A model generated the notes under the pieces. The model worked only from the letters and a program-made list of their open reading frames with translations, did not search any database and was not told the DNA's origin. From contig JBKAGE010000034.1 of NCBI GenBank assembly GCA_046290225.1, forward strand, positions 384,001 through 448,000: a stretch of 64,000 nucleotides of DNA, written 5' to 3'. This DNA is from Bradymonadia bacterium (GTDB lineage Bacteria > Myxococcota_A > Bradymonadia > UBA7976 > UBA1532). This document shows positions 9,364-19,149 of this stretch, one piece after another. Position numbers and translations under genes: made by a program. Position 1 is the first letter of the stretch. Each line of letters opens with the position of its first letter.

Positions 9364-12126
9364 TTGAGCTCGACCCTGAAACGCCTCCACCTTTATGCCC
9401 TCTGTGCCTTGTCCCCAGCTGCCTTCACTGCCTGTGACGACGGTGGCGGAAGTGGAGATCCCGGAGAGGCGGCGGACATGGCTGTGGGTGGAGCTGTGGG
9501 TGGAGCCGGTGGTGGCGCTGGCGGCGCCGGCGGCACCATGCGCGTGGGCAAGCTGCCCTGTGATGGCAGTGCCACAGGTACGGTGGGCGCCGACGGCCTT
9601 CAGCTCACGGTGGATGAAGGGGCGCTCTCCGGTGCACAGCTCAACATCCCCGAAGGGGCACTGCCCGAGGGCACCGAGATCACCTTAGGGTGTGGTGAGC
9701 AGGCGCTGCTCCGCGAGGGCTACACCCCCTTGGGGCCCAGCATCTCCATCACCACGCCAGAGCCGGGGCTGCTCACGGGCCACGCCGACATCACCCTGGT
9801 CTTCGCCCCCGAGGATCGCCCCGAGCGCATCAAGGGGCGCCATGTGCGGCTGTTCTGGCAGCCCGACAACTACCCCTACATCGCCGAGCCGCCGGTGATG
9901 AACCCCAAGGCCGATCTTGAGGGGGGCACCTTCTCGCTGCGCACGCCCGGTCTCGGTCAGTTCCAGCTGGGCTACGACGAGGTGGCCGGTACCCCGGAGA
10001 CCTTCGAGTTCACCTTCCGGGCCATTGGCGGCATCAGCATGGGCGGCGCCGGCTCGGCCTACATGGGCACCCGCTACGGCGACGTCTTCGATACGGTGCT
10101 GCCTCTCGGCGGGCCCACGGACTGGCGTTACCTGCTCTGGTACATCAGCGAGCGCCTGCTCGGCGGCTTCTGCGCCCATGATCAGGGAGACGGCCTCGGT
10201 GCCTGGTGTGGCCCCCCCGGACCTTCTGATCCCTTGGAGCACGACGGCGTGTCGATGCTCAACTGGTACTTTGATGACTCTGGGGGCTCCTTCGATCGCG
10301 ACTCCTACCTGAGCATCTTCCACGATCTGGCCTACGCCTACGGGAACCCGATCCTGTACAACCCGGCGAGCCCCTACTTGCCTCCGGGCATGCCCGAAGA
10401 GTGGCTCAAGCTGCCCAACGAAGTCCGCTGCGCCCCAGAGTGTCGTGGTGACGATTGCCCCCCAGTCGATCTGCCCTTCTCCATCCCCGACGGGTTCTAC
10501 GACGACGAGTTCAACCCCGACGGCACGCTCCCGGTCATCCCCTTCTGCGATGGTGAGGATGGTGAGCCTCTGGGCTTCTTCGACGGCGAGGCGGCCCACA
10601 ACGAGCCCGTCGAAGTGACCTATGCGGTGGACCTCAACGGCAACGGCCGCCGAGACGAGTTCGAGCCGGTGATCCGCAATCTGTCGGAGCCCTATGAAGA
10701 TGTCGGCTGTGATGGGATCCCCAGCACCGAAGAGGCGGGCTACGATCCGGTGAGCAACCCTGATCCCGCCGGCGACGACTACCACTGGTACCGGAACCCC
10801 ACAGGCACCGAGAACAGCTGGCTGTACGACGACTGTGGCGATGAAGGCGCCGAGCCCTACGAAGACGTGGGCCTCGACGGGGTGCCCGACACGCCGAGCT
10901 TCGACGAGGGCGGCTACGACTGGGGCCAGGGCAATGGGGTCTTCGACTACAACCCCAACGTGGCCCGTATGCTCGAGCGCAACCCCGCGGCGCAGTATCA
11001 GGCCCTGCCCGACCAGGAACGCCGCCGCATGCGCTTCTGGAACGATGGCGGTATCCGCGACATCTTCAACCTCGGCGTGGCCCACAGCCACTTCATGGGT
11101 CAGGTGCAGTCCACCGGTGAGAATGTGCGCATCTACGAAGGGTTCCCTGCCCTGCTGCCCACCGACGCCGAGACCTACACCCCCTCGGATGACTTGCCTG
11201 ATCCCTTCGGTGACGCCGGCACTCACGTACTGATCCGCTACGGCAACCCCGACGCCACCCCTGCCGAGCTCGAAGAGGGCGACGGGAAGCACGTGGGCAG
11301 CGTGGCCGAGGCCCTCAACCGCTTCATCACCATGCTCGACTGGCTGCATCATCGCTGGCCTGACGGCAACTTCGACCGCGTCCGTGGCCTCGCCCGTGAC
11401 GACGACCTGGTCTTCTTCGACTCCGAGCGCCTCGGGAAGCAGTACCGCTTCTCCATCAGCCTGCCCGCAGGATACTTCGCCGAGGAGAACGCCGATGTGC
11501 GCTACCCGGTCATGGTCCTGATGCACGGCTATGGCCAGTCCCCTGGTGATCTCGATATTGCAGGGCTGCTGGCTTCGACCAACGCCGCCCGGGGCCTGTG
11601 GCAGAAGTCGATTCTGCTGTACCCCGAGGGCTTCTGCGGCAAGGCCAGCCAGTATCAGTGCAATGACGGGGTGGACAACGACGGTGACGGTTTCGTGGAC
11701 TCGGGGAACGACATCGCTCTCCGGGTGGCCTGTGAAGGTGATGACGACTGCAGCCGGGACTACACCTGCCGCAACGACTTCTGTTGCCCACCCGACTGGC
11801 CTGATTGTGGTCCGCCTGATCCGGAGTGTGGCGACAACAGCGAGGGCCGCAGCGAGGCCGGTGATCCCGAGATGGTGCTCTGCGCTGACGGGGTGGACAA
11901 CGATCTCGACGGCTTGATCGACCTCGACGACGCCGGGTGCATGGGCCTGACCACGCTGGACACAGAGGAAGACTGCAAACGGGGCAACTTCTACACCGAC
12001 CACCCCTCGGCGAAAGATGGCTCCACCCCCGGGCCTGACTATGAGGGCGCCGTGCTCGACATGCTGGAGTACGTCGACGAGAACTACCGCACCCGCGCCC
12101 CGGAGACCCTCACCATCGTTCGATGA
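9364..12126 (+). CDS. Large lipoprotein with an alpha/beta-hydrolase (esterase-like) core, acidic Ca-binding-like inserts and DGxDNDxDG repeats
   Basis: Lipobox FTAC; GxSxG as GISMG; RYPVMVLMHG; two C.DGVDND.DG repeats. Confidence 0.75.
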   Translation: MSSTLKRLHLYALCALSPAAFTACDDGGGSGDPGEAADMAVGGAVGGAGGGAGGAGGTMRVGKLPCDGSATGTVGADGLQLTVDEGALSGAQLNIPEGALPEGTEITLGCGEQALLREGYTPLGPSISITTPEPGLLTGHADITLVFAPEDRPERIKGRHVRLFWQPDNYPYIAEPPVMNPKADLEGGTFSLRTPGLGQFQLGYDEVAGTPETFEFTFRAIGGISMGGAGSAYMGTRYGDVFDTVLPLGGPTDWRYLLWYISERLLGGFCAHDQGDGLGAWCGPPGPSDPLEHDGVSMLNWYFDDSGGSFDRDSYLSIFHDLAYAYGNPILYNPASPYLPPGMPEEWLKLPNEVRCAPECRGDDCPPVDLPFSIPDGFYDDEFNPDGTLPVIPFCDGEDGEPLGFFDGEAAHNEPVEVTYAVDLNGNGRRDEFEPVIRNLSEPYEDVGCDGIPSTEEAGYDPVSNPDPAGDDYHWYRNPTGTENSWLYDDCGDEGAEPYEDVGLDGVPDTPSFDEGGYDWGQGNGVFDYNPNVARMLERNPAAQYQALPDQERRRMRFWNDGGIRDIFNLGVAHSHFMGQVQSTGENVRIYEGFPALLPTDAETYTPSDDLPDPFGDAGTHVLIRYGNPDATPAELEEGDGKHVGSVAEALNRFITMLDWLHHRWPDGNFDRVRGLARDDDLVFFDSERLGKQYRFSISLPAGYFAEENADVRYPVMVLMHGYGQSPGDLDIAGLLASTNAARGLWQKSILLYPEGFCGKASQYQCNDGVDNDGDGFVDSGNDIALRVACEGDDDCSRDYTCRNDFCCPPDWPDCGPPDPECGDNSEGRSEAGDPEMVLCADGVDNDLDGLIDLDDAGCMGLTTLDTEEDCKRGNFYTDHPSAKDGSTPGPDYEGAVLDMLEYVDENYRTRAPETLTIVR

Positions 12127-12130
12127 CACT

Positions 12131-12154
12131 TTTGTGCATCGAACGATGCATAAA
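12131..12154. other. 11-bp near-perfect inverted repeat TTTGTGCATCG-AA-CGATGCATAAA between convergent genes
   Basis: Seen directly; possible terminator or protein-binding palindrome. Confidence 0.5.
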
Positions 12155-12282
12155 CTGGGGCTTCTTCGATCTCGCCGTGAACCCCACCGGCATCACCTTG
12201 CCACACTGGGAGAGCCGGCTCGTACCCTCAGTCGAGATGAGCGCCGGCCGGGCATTTTGACCCAGCGTTGCAGAGTGCACGA

Positions 12283-12669
12283 TCAGTGCTGAAGCTGCTG
12301 GTGAGACCAGGCGATGATCAGCTCGGCGTCCATCATGGGGGTCAATGGCTCGGGCAGAGGCATCTTGAACCCTGCCTCGGGGCGCCCTCGAGCGGCGAGA
12401 CGCCAAGCCGCCTCTCGCACAGCGACGTCTTGCACAGTCTCGTCGTCCGCGAGGGCGTTGAGGTGGTGCATGAAGTTGCGCCCGTACCCTTCGAGCGGAG
12501 CCCCGCGGTCCGCCATTGCCAGCAGCCAGCCCTTGAGAGCCATGCCCGCAGCCCGGCGCGAGCCGACTCGGGCCTTGCCGAGGTTCCCCTCGGCGTAGGC
12601 GTTGTGGGCCCCCTTGATCTCCGGCTCCACTACGGCGAACCAGCCCTCTGAAGTCTCCGGTTGTGTCAC
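12283..12669 (-). CDS. Hypothetical helical protein, possibly HEPN-like
   Basis: GTG start overlaps the trmL stop (GTGA) with a GAGGAG RBS. Motifs GKARVGSRRAAGMALK and RNFMHH. Confidence 0.65.
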   Translation of the reverse strand: MTQPETSEGWFAVVEPEIKGAHNAYAEGNLGKARVGSRRAAGMALKGWLLAMADRGAPLEGYGRNFMHHLNALADDETVQDVAVREAAWRLAARGRPEAGFKMPLPEPLTPMMDAELIIAWSHQQLQH

Positions 12670-13130
12670 GACGTCTGATCTCCTCGCGTGCGTCGGTTGA
12701 TCTGGCCACGGGCCTCGAAGAGGGCGATGGCGGCACACTGAGCCAGATTCAAACTGCGCACGTTGGGATTCTTGAAAGGGATCCGTACACACCGCTCCGG
12801 GTGAGCGGCGATCAGCTCTTTGGGCAGCCCCACACTCTCGCGACCCAGTACCAGGGCGTCTCCAGGCTGATACTCCACCTCGTCAAAACGCTGCTCGGTG
12901 TGGGTGGTGAACAGCCAGAACCTGCCCTCTCCGAGGGCCTCTTCCACCGACTGCACCACGCTGAGTTTGATCCAAGGCCAGTAGTCGAGGCCTGCGCGCT
13001 TCAGATATTTGTCCTCGAGGCTGAAGCCGAGGGGCTCCACGAGGGTGAGCGGGGTCTCGGTGGCGGCACAGAGCCGGCCGATGCTGCCGGTGTTGGGGGG
13101 AATCTCGGGTTCGACGAGCACAATGCGCAT
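12666..13130 (-). CDS. trmL: tRNA (cytidine/uridine-34 2'-O)-methyltransferase
   Basis: PEIPPNTG, KRAGLDYW, GRESVGLP, RSLNLA. Confidence 0.95.
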   Translation of the reverse strand: MRIVLVEPEIPPNTGSIGRLCAATETPLTLVEPLGFSLEDKYLKRAGLDYWPWIKLSVVQSVEEALGEGRFWLFTTHTEQRFDEVEYQPGDALVLGRESVGLPKELIAAHPERCVRIPFKNPNVRSLNLAQCAAIALFEARGQINRRTRGDQTS

Positions 13131-13240
13131 GGCGGCCTCCTCAGTTGAAGGCCGCCATCGTGCACCCTTTGTCTTGTCTTGGCCAGCAGGGTGAGTGGCT
13201 GTGCTGTTCAGAGGTGATGTTGCTCAGGGACTGATGTTGC

Positions 13241-14122
13241 TCAGGGGCTGACGTAGCTCGCGGGCTCGCAATCCTGACCCGCAGCGTTGAGGCCGGCGAT
13301 GACGTCGGCAAACTCTTCGAGGTCCATGCCCATCTCACTGGCGAGGTGCTCACTGCCACCAAGGATCCAGTGGGCGGTGTCCGCCAGCGCACCGACGGAG
13401 TACCCCGCGAGCGGGCCAGAGGCGATCTTGATGTCGGCGAAGGGCATGGTGCCGAGCTTGCCAGCCTCGTTGAGGGCGATGTTGGTCTCAAGGACCGCGA
13501 GCTCTACAGCGAGGCGGTTGGCCTCGCTGGCCCGAGGATTCTGCACCGAGTGCCGGATCGCTTCAGACTTGCCGCCAGCAGGCATGGCCTGCATGAAGGC
13601 CTCGAAGCTGGTGAATTCGAAGTTCACCCCGCGGGTGACCTTGAAGCCGTCGGGGTAAAGCATGTCGAAGTGCTCGCTGAGCACACAGGCCGCGTTCTCG
13701 TGGCTGGAGCAGCCTTCCTTGTACTCGAACTGGGTGAACGTGCAGATGTCTCCGTAGATGAGCGACGCCGGGCCGGTGTCGTCCCCGTGAGTGGGCGGCT
13801 CGGTCTCCCAGCTGGGGTACTCCTCGATGGGCGAAAAGCCGTCACCGAGCTCGCCATTGGTGAGGCGCCACTGATGCTCGAACAGCGACTCGGGCGCTGC
13901 CTCGAAGTCGGCGGCGGTGACTGTGCGCGCTGCGATCTCCCCCTCGAACTGGCCATGGTGATCGACGACTGCCTCGAGGGTGAGGCTGGTGTCCACCTGC
14001 TCTACGAGGGTGAGATCTCCTTCGGGGTAGAGGCCGACGAGCTCTTCGTCATTGGCCTCGCCACAGGCAGTGAAGGTCAGGGCGGCGGCGCAGACGAGCA
14101 AATTGGTGTTCAGAGTGTTCAT
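13241..14122 (-). CDS. Lipoprotein of unknown function
   Basis: Lipobox FTAC after MNTLNTNLL; globular C-terminal domain (CTFTQ...YPDG...FTS...PAGG...NP). Confidence 0.7.
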   Translation of the reverse strand: MNTLNTNLLVCAAALTFTACGEANDEELVGLYPEGDLTLVEQVDTSLTLEAVVDHHGQFEGEIAARTVTAADFEAAPESLFEHQWRLTNGELGDGFSPIEEYPSWETEPPTHGDDTGPASLIYGDICTFTQFEYKEGCSSHENAACVLSEHFDMLYPDGFKVTRGVNFEFTSFEAFMQAMPAGGKSEAIRHSVQNPRASEANRLAVELAVLETNIALNEAGKLGTMPFADIKIASGPLAGYSVGALADTAHWILGGSEHLASEMGMDLEEFADVIAGLNAAGQDCEPASYVSP

Positions 14123-14354
14123 GATGTTCACCTTGATTTTGGGGTTGGTCTTCGCGGCCGTCTCAACCCACGACCGCTCCATGCATCCCCATCAACGGCA
14201 GAACGAGTAGAACCTTAAGAAGGCAAACCCTAGAAACCCTGGAGGCGGGTCTTTGAACACCCATGGGCATTAGAGGCAAGCCAGTGCTTCTTCATTCGAG
14301 TCATCTTGGAGTGACCGAATCTGCACCGGAAATGTGTCAGAGGAAGTTGGCGGG

Positions 14355-15644
14355 TCAGAGTTTGGCGGGGATCACCCTCAGCCCTTGGGCGTTGGGCACA
14401 TAGACCTGCCACTGTCCCTGAGCGTCCTGACCCAGAGCAGCGTTGAGCACAGGCTGCAATGTGGCGAGCTGCACCCGGCCAAAGCCTTCGGAGCCAGGTG
14501 AGACGGCGGAGACGGCCTTGTTGCCTCGGGCGAACAGCACGCGCTTGTTCCCCGCCAGCTCGATGTCGTCGATCTCGAAGAAGGTGAACTCTTCTGGCGA
14601 TCGGGTCACCGCCTCCACCTTGATCTCCCCCTTCTCCACCCACGCCCGCTTCAGCTGCGCCTTGGCCTCTTTGCCGTAATTCGCCACCCAACCATCGGCG
14701 AAGTACAGGTAGGGGTGGGCATCACCGAACAGTTGAGCCACGACCACACTGCGTACGCCCTTGTCGGTGGGTACCTTCTGCAGACCCTTGCCCAGATCGA
14801 TCTTCAAATCGCCCGGCTCCCCCTTGGCGTCGCCGTAGACTCGGCCGATGGCCCGGTCCGTCGTGCCGTCTCCATCGATGTCACCAAAGGCCCAGGACGA
14901 CGCCATGCGGATCGGGGTCTCCGCAGCCTTCGCTGTGCCATCGGCTTCAATGTGGTGGGTGGTGACCATGTACTTGCTCTCGTAGTAGGTCACTGCGAGC
15001 TCAGGCTTGCCGTCTCGATCGACATCGGCGATGGACAGGTGGGCCACCTCGTTTCGAGGTCCGGCATGACGCCAGATGATCTCGCCCTTGCCCGTGGCGG
15101 GATCGAGGGCCTCGAGGGTGATGGGCGCGCCGAGATGACCCCGGCCGATGCCTCGAGCCACGTACAGCTTGCGACCCTGGCCGAAGTCACCGACGACGAC
15201 CTTCTGCACCACCCCCTGACCATCGACGGCCCAGAGGGGCTCGCCCTGACCCGATTTGCCTGGTGTTCGCGCCCACAGCCGACTGCCCTGTGCACCGAGG
15301 ACGTGATCGATGCCTTCGGTGAGCTGAGCGACAAAGACCCGATCACAGGGTGGCCATGCACCACCCGCGGTCGATCCTGACGAAGCAGTGACAGGCTTTT
15401 GCGCCGCAATGGGGGTCGTCGGCGAGGTGGCCTGAGTGGTCTTGGCCGTATCCTTCGCAGTGCCAGTCTTCGCAGTACCAGTCTTCGCTGTGTCGGCCTG
15501 TGCAGCGCCCTTCTTCGAAGTCTCCTGGGCAGCAGAGGCCTTTGCCTGTGACTGAGTAGAGGGATCCGGCTTCACGTCAGAGGATTTGTCCCCCTGGCAG
15601 CCGGCCAGACCCAGAGCGACCACAGCACCCGCGATCAACTTCAT
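14355..15644 (-). CDS. FG-GAP/VCBS-repeat lipoprotein
   Basis: Lipobox LAGC; TAKTG low-complexity linker; [10 protein letters not shown] and [10 protein letters not shown] repeats; start overlaps the carA stop. Confidence 0.82.
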   Translation of the reverse strand: MKLIAGAVVALGLAGCQGDKSSDVKPDPSTQSQAKASAAQETSKKGAAQADTAKTGTAKTGTAKDTAKTTQATSPTTPIAAQKPVTASSGSTAGGAWPPCDRVFVAQLTEGIDHVLGAQGSRLWARTPGKSGQGEPLWAVDGQGVVQKVVVGDFGQGRKLYVARGIGRGHLGAPITLEALDPATGKGEIIWRHAGPRNEVAHLSIADVDRDGKPELAVTYYESKYMVTTHHIEADGTAKAAETPIRMASSWAFGDIDGDGTTDRAIGRVYGDAKGEPGDLKIDLGKGLQKVPTDKGVRSVVVAQLFGDAHPYLYFADGWVANYGKEAKAQLKRAWVEKGEIKVEAVTRSPEEFTFFEIDDIELAGNKRVLFARGNKAVSAVSPGSEGFGRVQLATLQPVLNAALGQDAQGQWQVYVPNAQGLRVIPAKL

Positions 15645-16786
15645 CGCTGAGACTCCATCATCTCGGTGAAGCGTGTGAAGAGGTAGTCCGCGTCATGGGG
15701 GCCGGGGCTTGCCTCGGGGTGGTACTGCACGCCGAAGATGGGCAGGCGCTCGTGGGCCAGCCCGGCCACCGTGTCGTCGTTCAGATTCACGTGACTCACG
15801 ATGGCGCCGTCCTCGAGGCCATCGGCGCTCACGGCGAAGCCGTGGTTCTGGCTGGTGATCTCCACCTTGCCGGTCTTGAGATCCTTCACGGGCTGGTTGC
15901 CGCCGCGGTGGCCGAACTTCAACTTGAAGGTCTGGGCGCCGAGGGCCCGGGAAAGCAGCTGATGCCCCAGGCAGATGCCGAAGATGGGTACCCCATTCTC
16001 GACGAGCTGCTTGATGGTGTCGACGGCGTAGTCCACCACCCCGGGATCACCAGGGCCATTGGACAAGAACACCCCATCGGGGCTGTGGGCCAGGATGGCC
16101 TCCGCCGAGGTCGTGGCAGGCACAACGGTGACGCTGCAGCCATGATCTACGAGCAGCCGCAGGATGTTGCGCTTCACCCCGAAGTCCATGGCCACCACCT
16201 TGAAGGGGGTGTCGGGCTGAGGTGGCCGGGGCCGGGTGTGCTCCTCACCGAGCAGACGGGTCAGGCCCTCGCTCCAGGTGTAGGGCGCATCGCAGGTGAC
16301 CTCGCGGACCAGATCGCGCCCCTGCATGGGGGGCTCGGCGGCCATCCGCTGCTGCAGCGCTTCGCTGGTGGTCTCGCCGGTGATGATAGACCCCTTCATG
16401 GCGCCGTGTACGCGGATGCGTCGCACCAGGGCCCGGGTGTCGATGTCGTAGAGCCCCACGACGCCCGCGCGCCGCAAGTAGCTGTGCAGGCTGCTGGCGC
16501 TGCGCCAATTCGAGGGCGTCGGGCACGCATCGCGGACGATGAAGCCGGCCACCTGTACCTGACCACTCTCTACATCGGCGGGGTTTACCCCGTAGTTCCC
16601 GATGTGCGGGTAGGTCATGGTGACGATCTGCCCTCGATAGGACGGATCGGTCAGGATCTCCTGGTAGCCCGTCATCGAGGTGTTGAAGACCACCTCGCCA
16701 GCGGTCTCTCCAGTGGCGCCGAAGGCGTAGCCGTCGAAACGGGTGCCGTCTTCGAGGAGCAGGGCGGCAGGTTGAGGTCGGGTCAT
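15641..16786 (-). CDS. carA: Carbamoyl-phosphate synthase small subunit
   Basis: [33 protein letters not shown]. Confidence 0.98.
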   Translation of the reverse strand: MTRPQPAALLLEDGTRFDGYAFGATGETAGEVVFNTSMTGYQEILTDPSYRGQIVTMTYPHIGNYGVNPADVESGQVQVAGFIVRDACPTPSNWRSASSLHSYLRRAGVVGLYDIDTRALVRRIRVHGAMKGSIITGETTSEALQQRMAAEPPMQGRDLVREVTCDAPYTWSEGLTRLLGEEHTRPRPPQPDTPFKVVAMDFGVKRNILRLLVDHGCSVTVVPATTSAEAILAHSPDGVFLSNGPGDPGVVDYAVDTIKQLVENGVPIFGICLGHQLLSRALGAQTFKLKFGHRGGNQPVKDLKTGKVEITSQNHGFAVSADGLEDGAIVSHVNLNDDTVAGLAHERLPIFGVQYHPEASPGPHDADYLFTRFTEMMESQR

Positions 16787-16833
16787 CGGTCACTCCTGGC
16801 GTTGAGTGATTCTGGGTTGTAAGGGCGATGGCC

Positions 16834-17715
16834 TCAGTTGTCATCAACGATCTGCGCGAGGTCCTCTATATCAGGCACCCCGTGCACCGCTCGGAACATG
16901 CGCGACCAGCGCATCGAGTCCCAGAATTCCCACATGTTCGAGGTGGACTTCACGCTCAGCCCGATGAAGAGCGCCTTGCCGATGATGTTCTCCTCGGGCA
17001 CGAGTCCCCAGGCGCGAGAGTCGAGGGAGAAGTCCCGGTTGTCGCCCATGACCATCACGTACCCCTCGGGGATCTGCCACGGAAACGCCGGCATGGTGTC
17101 CGCCTCGGCCTGGCCGAGGGGATCTCCGGCTCGACAGTGGTTCACCGTGGCCCCCACGGGCCAGATGTGAGGCGCCTGCTCCGGGCGCCATCCGCGCAGC
17201 TGAGCCTGGCTGTCGCTCTCGCCGTGGTGCAGGGTCATGAAGGTCTCGTCACCGATCGTGGCCAGGTACATGTGTGGGGTGCCTCCGAGCCTGAAAGATG
17301 CTTCGACCTCCTCCCCGGTCACGTACTGCCCCTGAGCCCGGAAATGATCGATGGCCCGCTCGCGCACAGGCTCACCGTTGATCGCGACAAACCCCTTCCC
17401 GGCGTGGGTAAAGGTCTCCGGCCCGATCACGTCGATCCGATCCCCCGGGAGGGCCATGATGCGTTTGACGAAGTGTCGTTCGGCGTTGCAGGGGTCGTCG
17501 AAGATCACCACATCGCCTCGAGCGGGGGCACCACCAAAGCTGTATGCGAATCGATTGACCAGGACGAAGTCACCGATGACGACGGTGGGGGTCATCGAGC
17601 TCGACGACACATCATAGGACTCGAGATAGACCAGCAAACCCAGCAGCAACGACAACAACCCCGAGACCCTCAGGGCTCGATAGATCGCGGCTCTGCCTCT
17701 GGATTGCCGGGCCAT
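16834..17715 (-). CDS. lepB: Signal peptidase I, second paralogue
   Basis: TM helix, SSSMTPT (Ser), FVKRI (Lys), MGDNRDFSLDSR. Confidence 0.9.
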   Translation of the reverse strand: MARQSRGRAAIYRALRVSGLLSLLLGLLVYLESYDVSSSSMTPTVVIGDFVLVNRFAYSFGGAPARGDVVIFDDPCNAERHFVKRIMALPGDRIDVIGPETFTHAGKGFVAINGEPVRERAIDHFRAQGQYVTGEEVEASFRLGGTPHMYLATIGDETFMTLHHGESDSQAQLRGWRPEQAPHIWPVGATVNHCRAGDPLGQAEADTMPAFPWQIPEGYVMVMGDNRDFSLDSRAWGLVPEENIIGKALFIGLSVKSTSNMWEFWDSMRWSRMFRAVHGVPDIEDLAQIVDDN

Positions 17716-17786
17716 CGCACCTTCCAGATGAGTTCATGCGCCTTGAAAGGACTTCTCAAGGACATACCCCATCCATGGTCAGCGCA

Positions 17787-19130
17787 TCACCCTCTATCGC
17801 TCAAGAGTTGACCGGGCATGTGCTCGACGGCCGAATAGACCACCTCACCATCGATGATGGTGCTGTGCACCACACCGGGGAGCGTCTGACCAATGAGGGG
17901 GGTGTTCTTGCTCCGGCCCACGAGGGTGTCCTTGCTCACGGACCACCGTGCGCCAGCGTCCACCACCACGACGTCGGCGCGCCTGCCCGGAGACAGCGTG
18001 CCGCTCTGCTCACCGATGATCTGCGCTGGGGCAGCGGTGAGGGCCGCGAGGGCGTGATGGAGCCCGAAGGCCCCGGCCTCCACCTGAGCCAGGGTTTGGC
18101 TGAGCAGCGTCTCCAACCCTGCGATCCCCGGCTCGGCGAGTTCGAACTCCACCTCTTTTTCTACGGGGCTCTGGGGTCGATGACCGCTGCTGATGGCGGT
18201 GATCACGCCTGAAGCGATGCCGGCGTTGAGCGCGCTGCGATCTGCCACTCCTCTGAGAGGTGGCCGCACCCGCAAGCAGCTGTCATAGCGCTCCGCGATG
18301 GCCTCGTCGACGAGCTGCAGATGCATGGCGGTCACGGCACAGGTGACAGGCAGACCTTCACTCTGGGCTCTGCCCAAGGCTTCCACCGCGCCGGCGGTGC
18401 TGATGGGACCGATGTGGATCGGGCACCCGGTGAGGCGCGCCAGGGCGATGGCCCTGTCCACGGCGATGCGCTCGGCCGCTTCAGGCACGCCCCGCAGGCC
18501 GAGGCGAGTGGCTACAGGGCCCTCGTGCATGACCGCCGCTCGGGCGAGGCCCCGCTCTTCGGGCCATTCGAAGACCGGTCGACCGACAGCCCGGGCATAT
18601 TCCATGGCCCGCCGGAGCAGGCTGGCGTCGGCGAGGGCGGTGTCCCCTTCTCCGAACGCCACGGCACCGCCATCTCGGAGATCGAACATATCGGTGAGAT
18701 GATCGCCTCGTCGCCCCCGTGTGAGGGTGGCCATGGGCAATACACGCACCGGGGTGATCTCAGCGGCTCGACGGATGATGAACTCGGTGATGGCCCGAGC
18801 ATCGTTCACCGGCTCGGTGTCCGGGGCGGCCACGAGCGTGGTCACGCCGCCATGGGCAGCAGCCCGACCGGCGCTCGCCAGATCTTCTTTGTGTTCGAAG
18901 CCAGGCTCACCCAGGTGGGCGTGCAAATCGACCAGGCCGGGGATCACCAGAGATCCCGTGGCGTCGATGATCTGATCGTGATCGCCAGGTGTCGCGGGCT
19001 CGGGGCTTACCGCCTCGATGCGCCCATCCTGGATGATGAGGGTGGCATGGGCGTCGATGCCACTCGCCGGGCAAATCACCCGGCCACCGCTCACCCAGCG
19101 TCTCTCGGTGCCCGCCTCGAACTGACCCAT
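17787..19130 (-). CDS. pyrC: Dihydroorotase-like protein, probably inactive (PyrC')
   Basis: PGLVDLHAH.GEPG..KED and SKNTP present; several active-site residues replaced. Start at MGQFEAG (19130). Confidence 0.85.
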   Translation of the reverse strand: MGQFEAGTERRWVSGGRVICPASGIDAHATLIIQDGRIEAVSPEPATPGDHDQIIDATGSLVIPGLVDLHAHLGEPGFEHKEDLASAGRAAAHGGVTTLVAAPDTEPVNDARAITEFIIRRAAEITPVRVLPMATLTRGRRGDHLTDMFDLRDGGAVAFGEGDTALADASLLRRAMEYARAVGRPVFEWPEERGLARAAVMHEGPVATRLGLRGVPEAAERIAVDRAIALARLTGCPIHIGPISTAGAVEALGRAQSEGLPVTCAVTAMHLQLVDEAIAERYDSCLRVRPPLRGVADRSALNAGIASGVITAISSGHRPQSPVEKEVEFELAEPGIAGLETLLSQTLAQVEAGAFGLHHALAALTAAPAQIIGEQSGTLSPGRRADVVVVDAGARWSVSKDTLVGRSKNTPLIGQTLPGVVHSTIIDGEVVYSAVEHMPGQLLSDRG

Positions 19131-19149
19131 GCAGGCTGCTCCTGTTGCC

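Noticed and set aside
9685..12129. 814-aa - strand ORF
   Set aside because: Antisense shadow of the 920-aa lipoprotein. The same applies to 40045-41535, 48352-49845, 57921-59405 and most other overlapping track ORFs.
14220..14290. GGCAAAC...GAAA resembling a c-di-GMP-I riboswitch
   Set aside because: The stem around GAAA cannot pair, and it lies on the strand opposite to the downstream gene.
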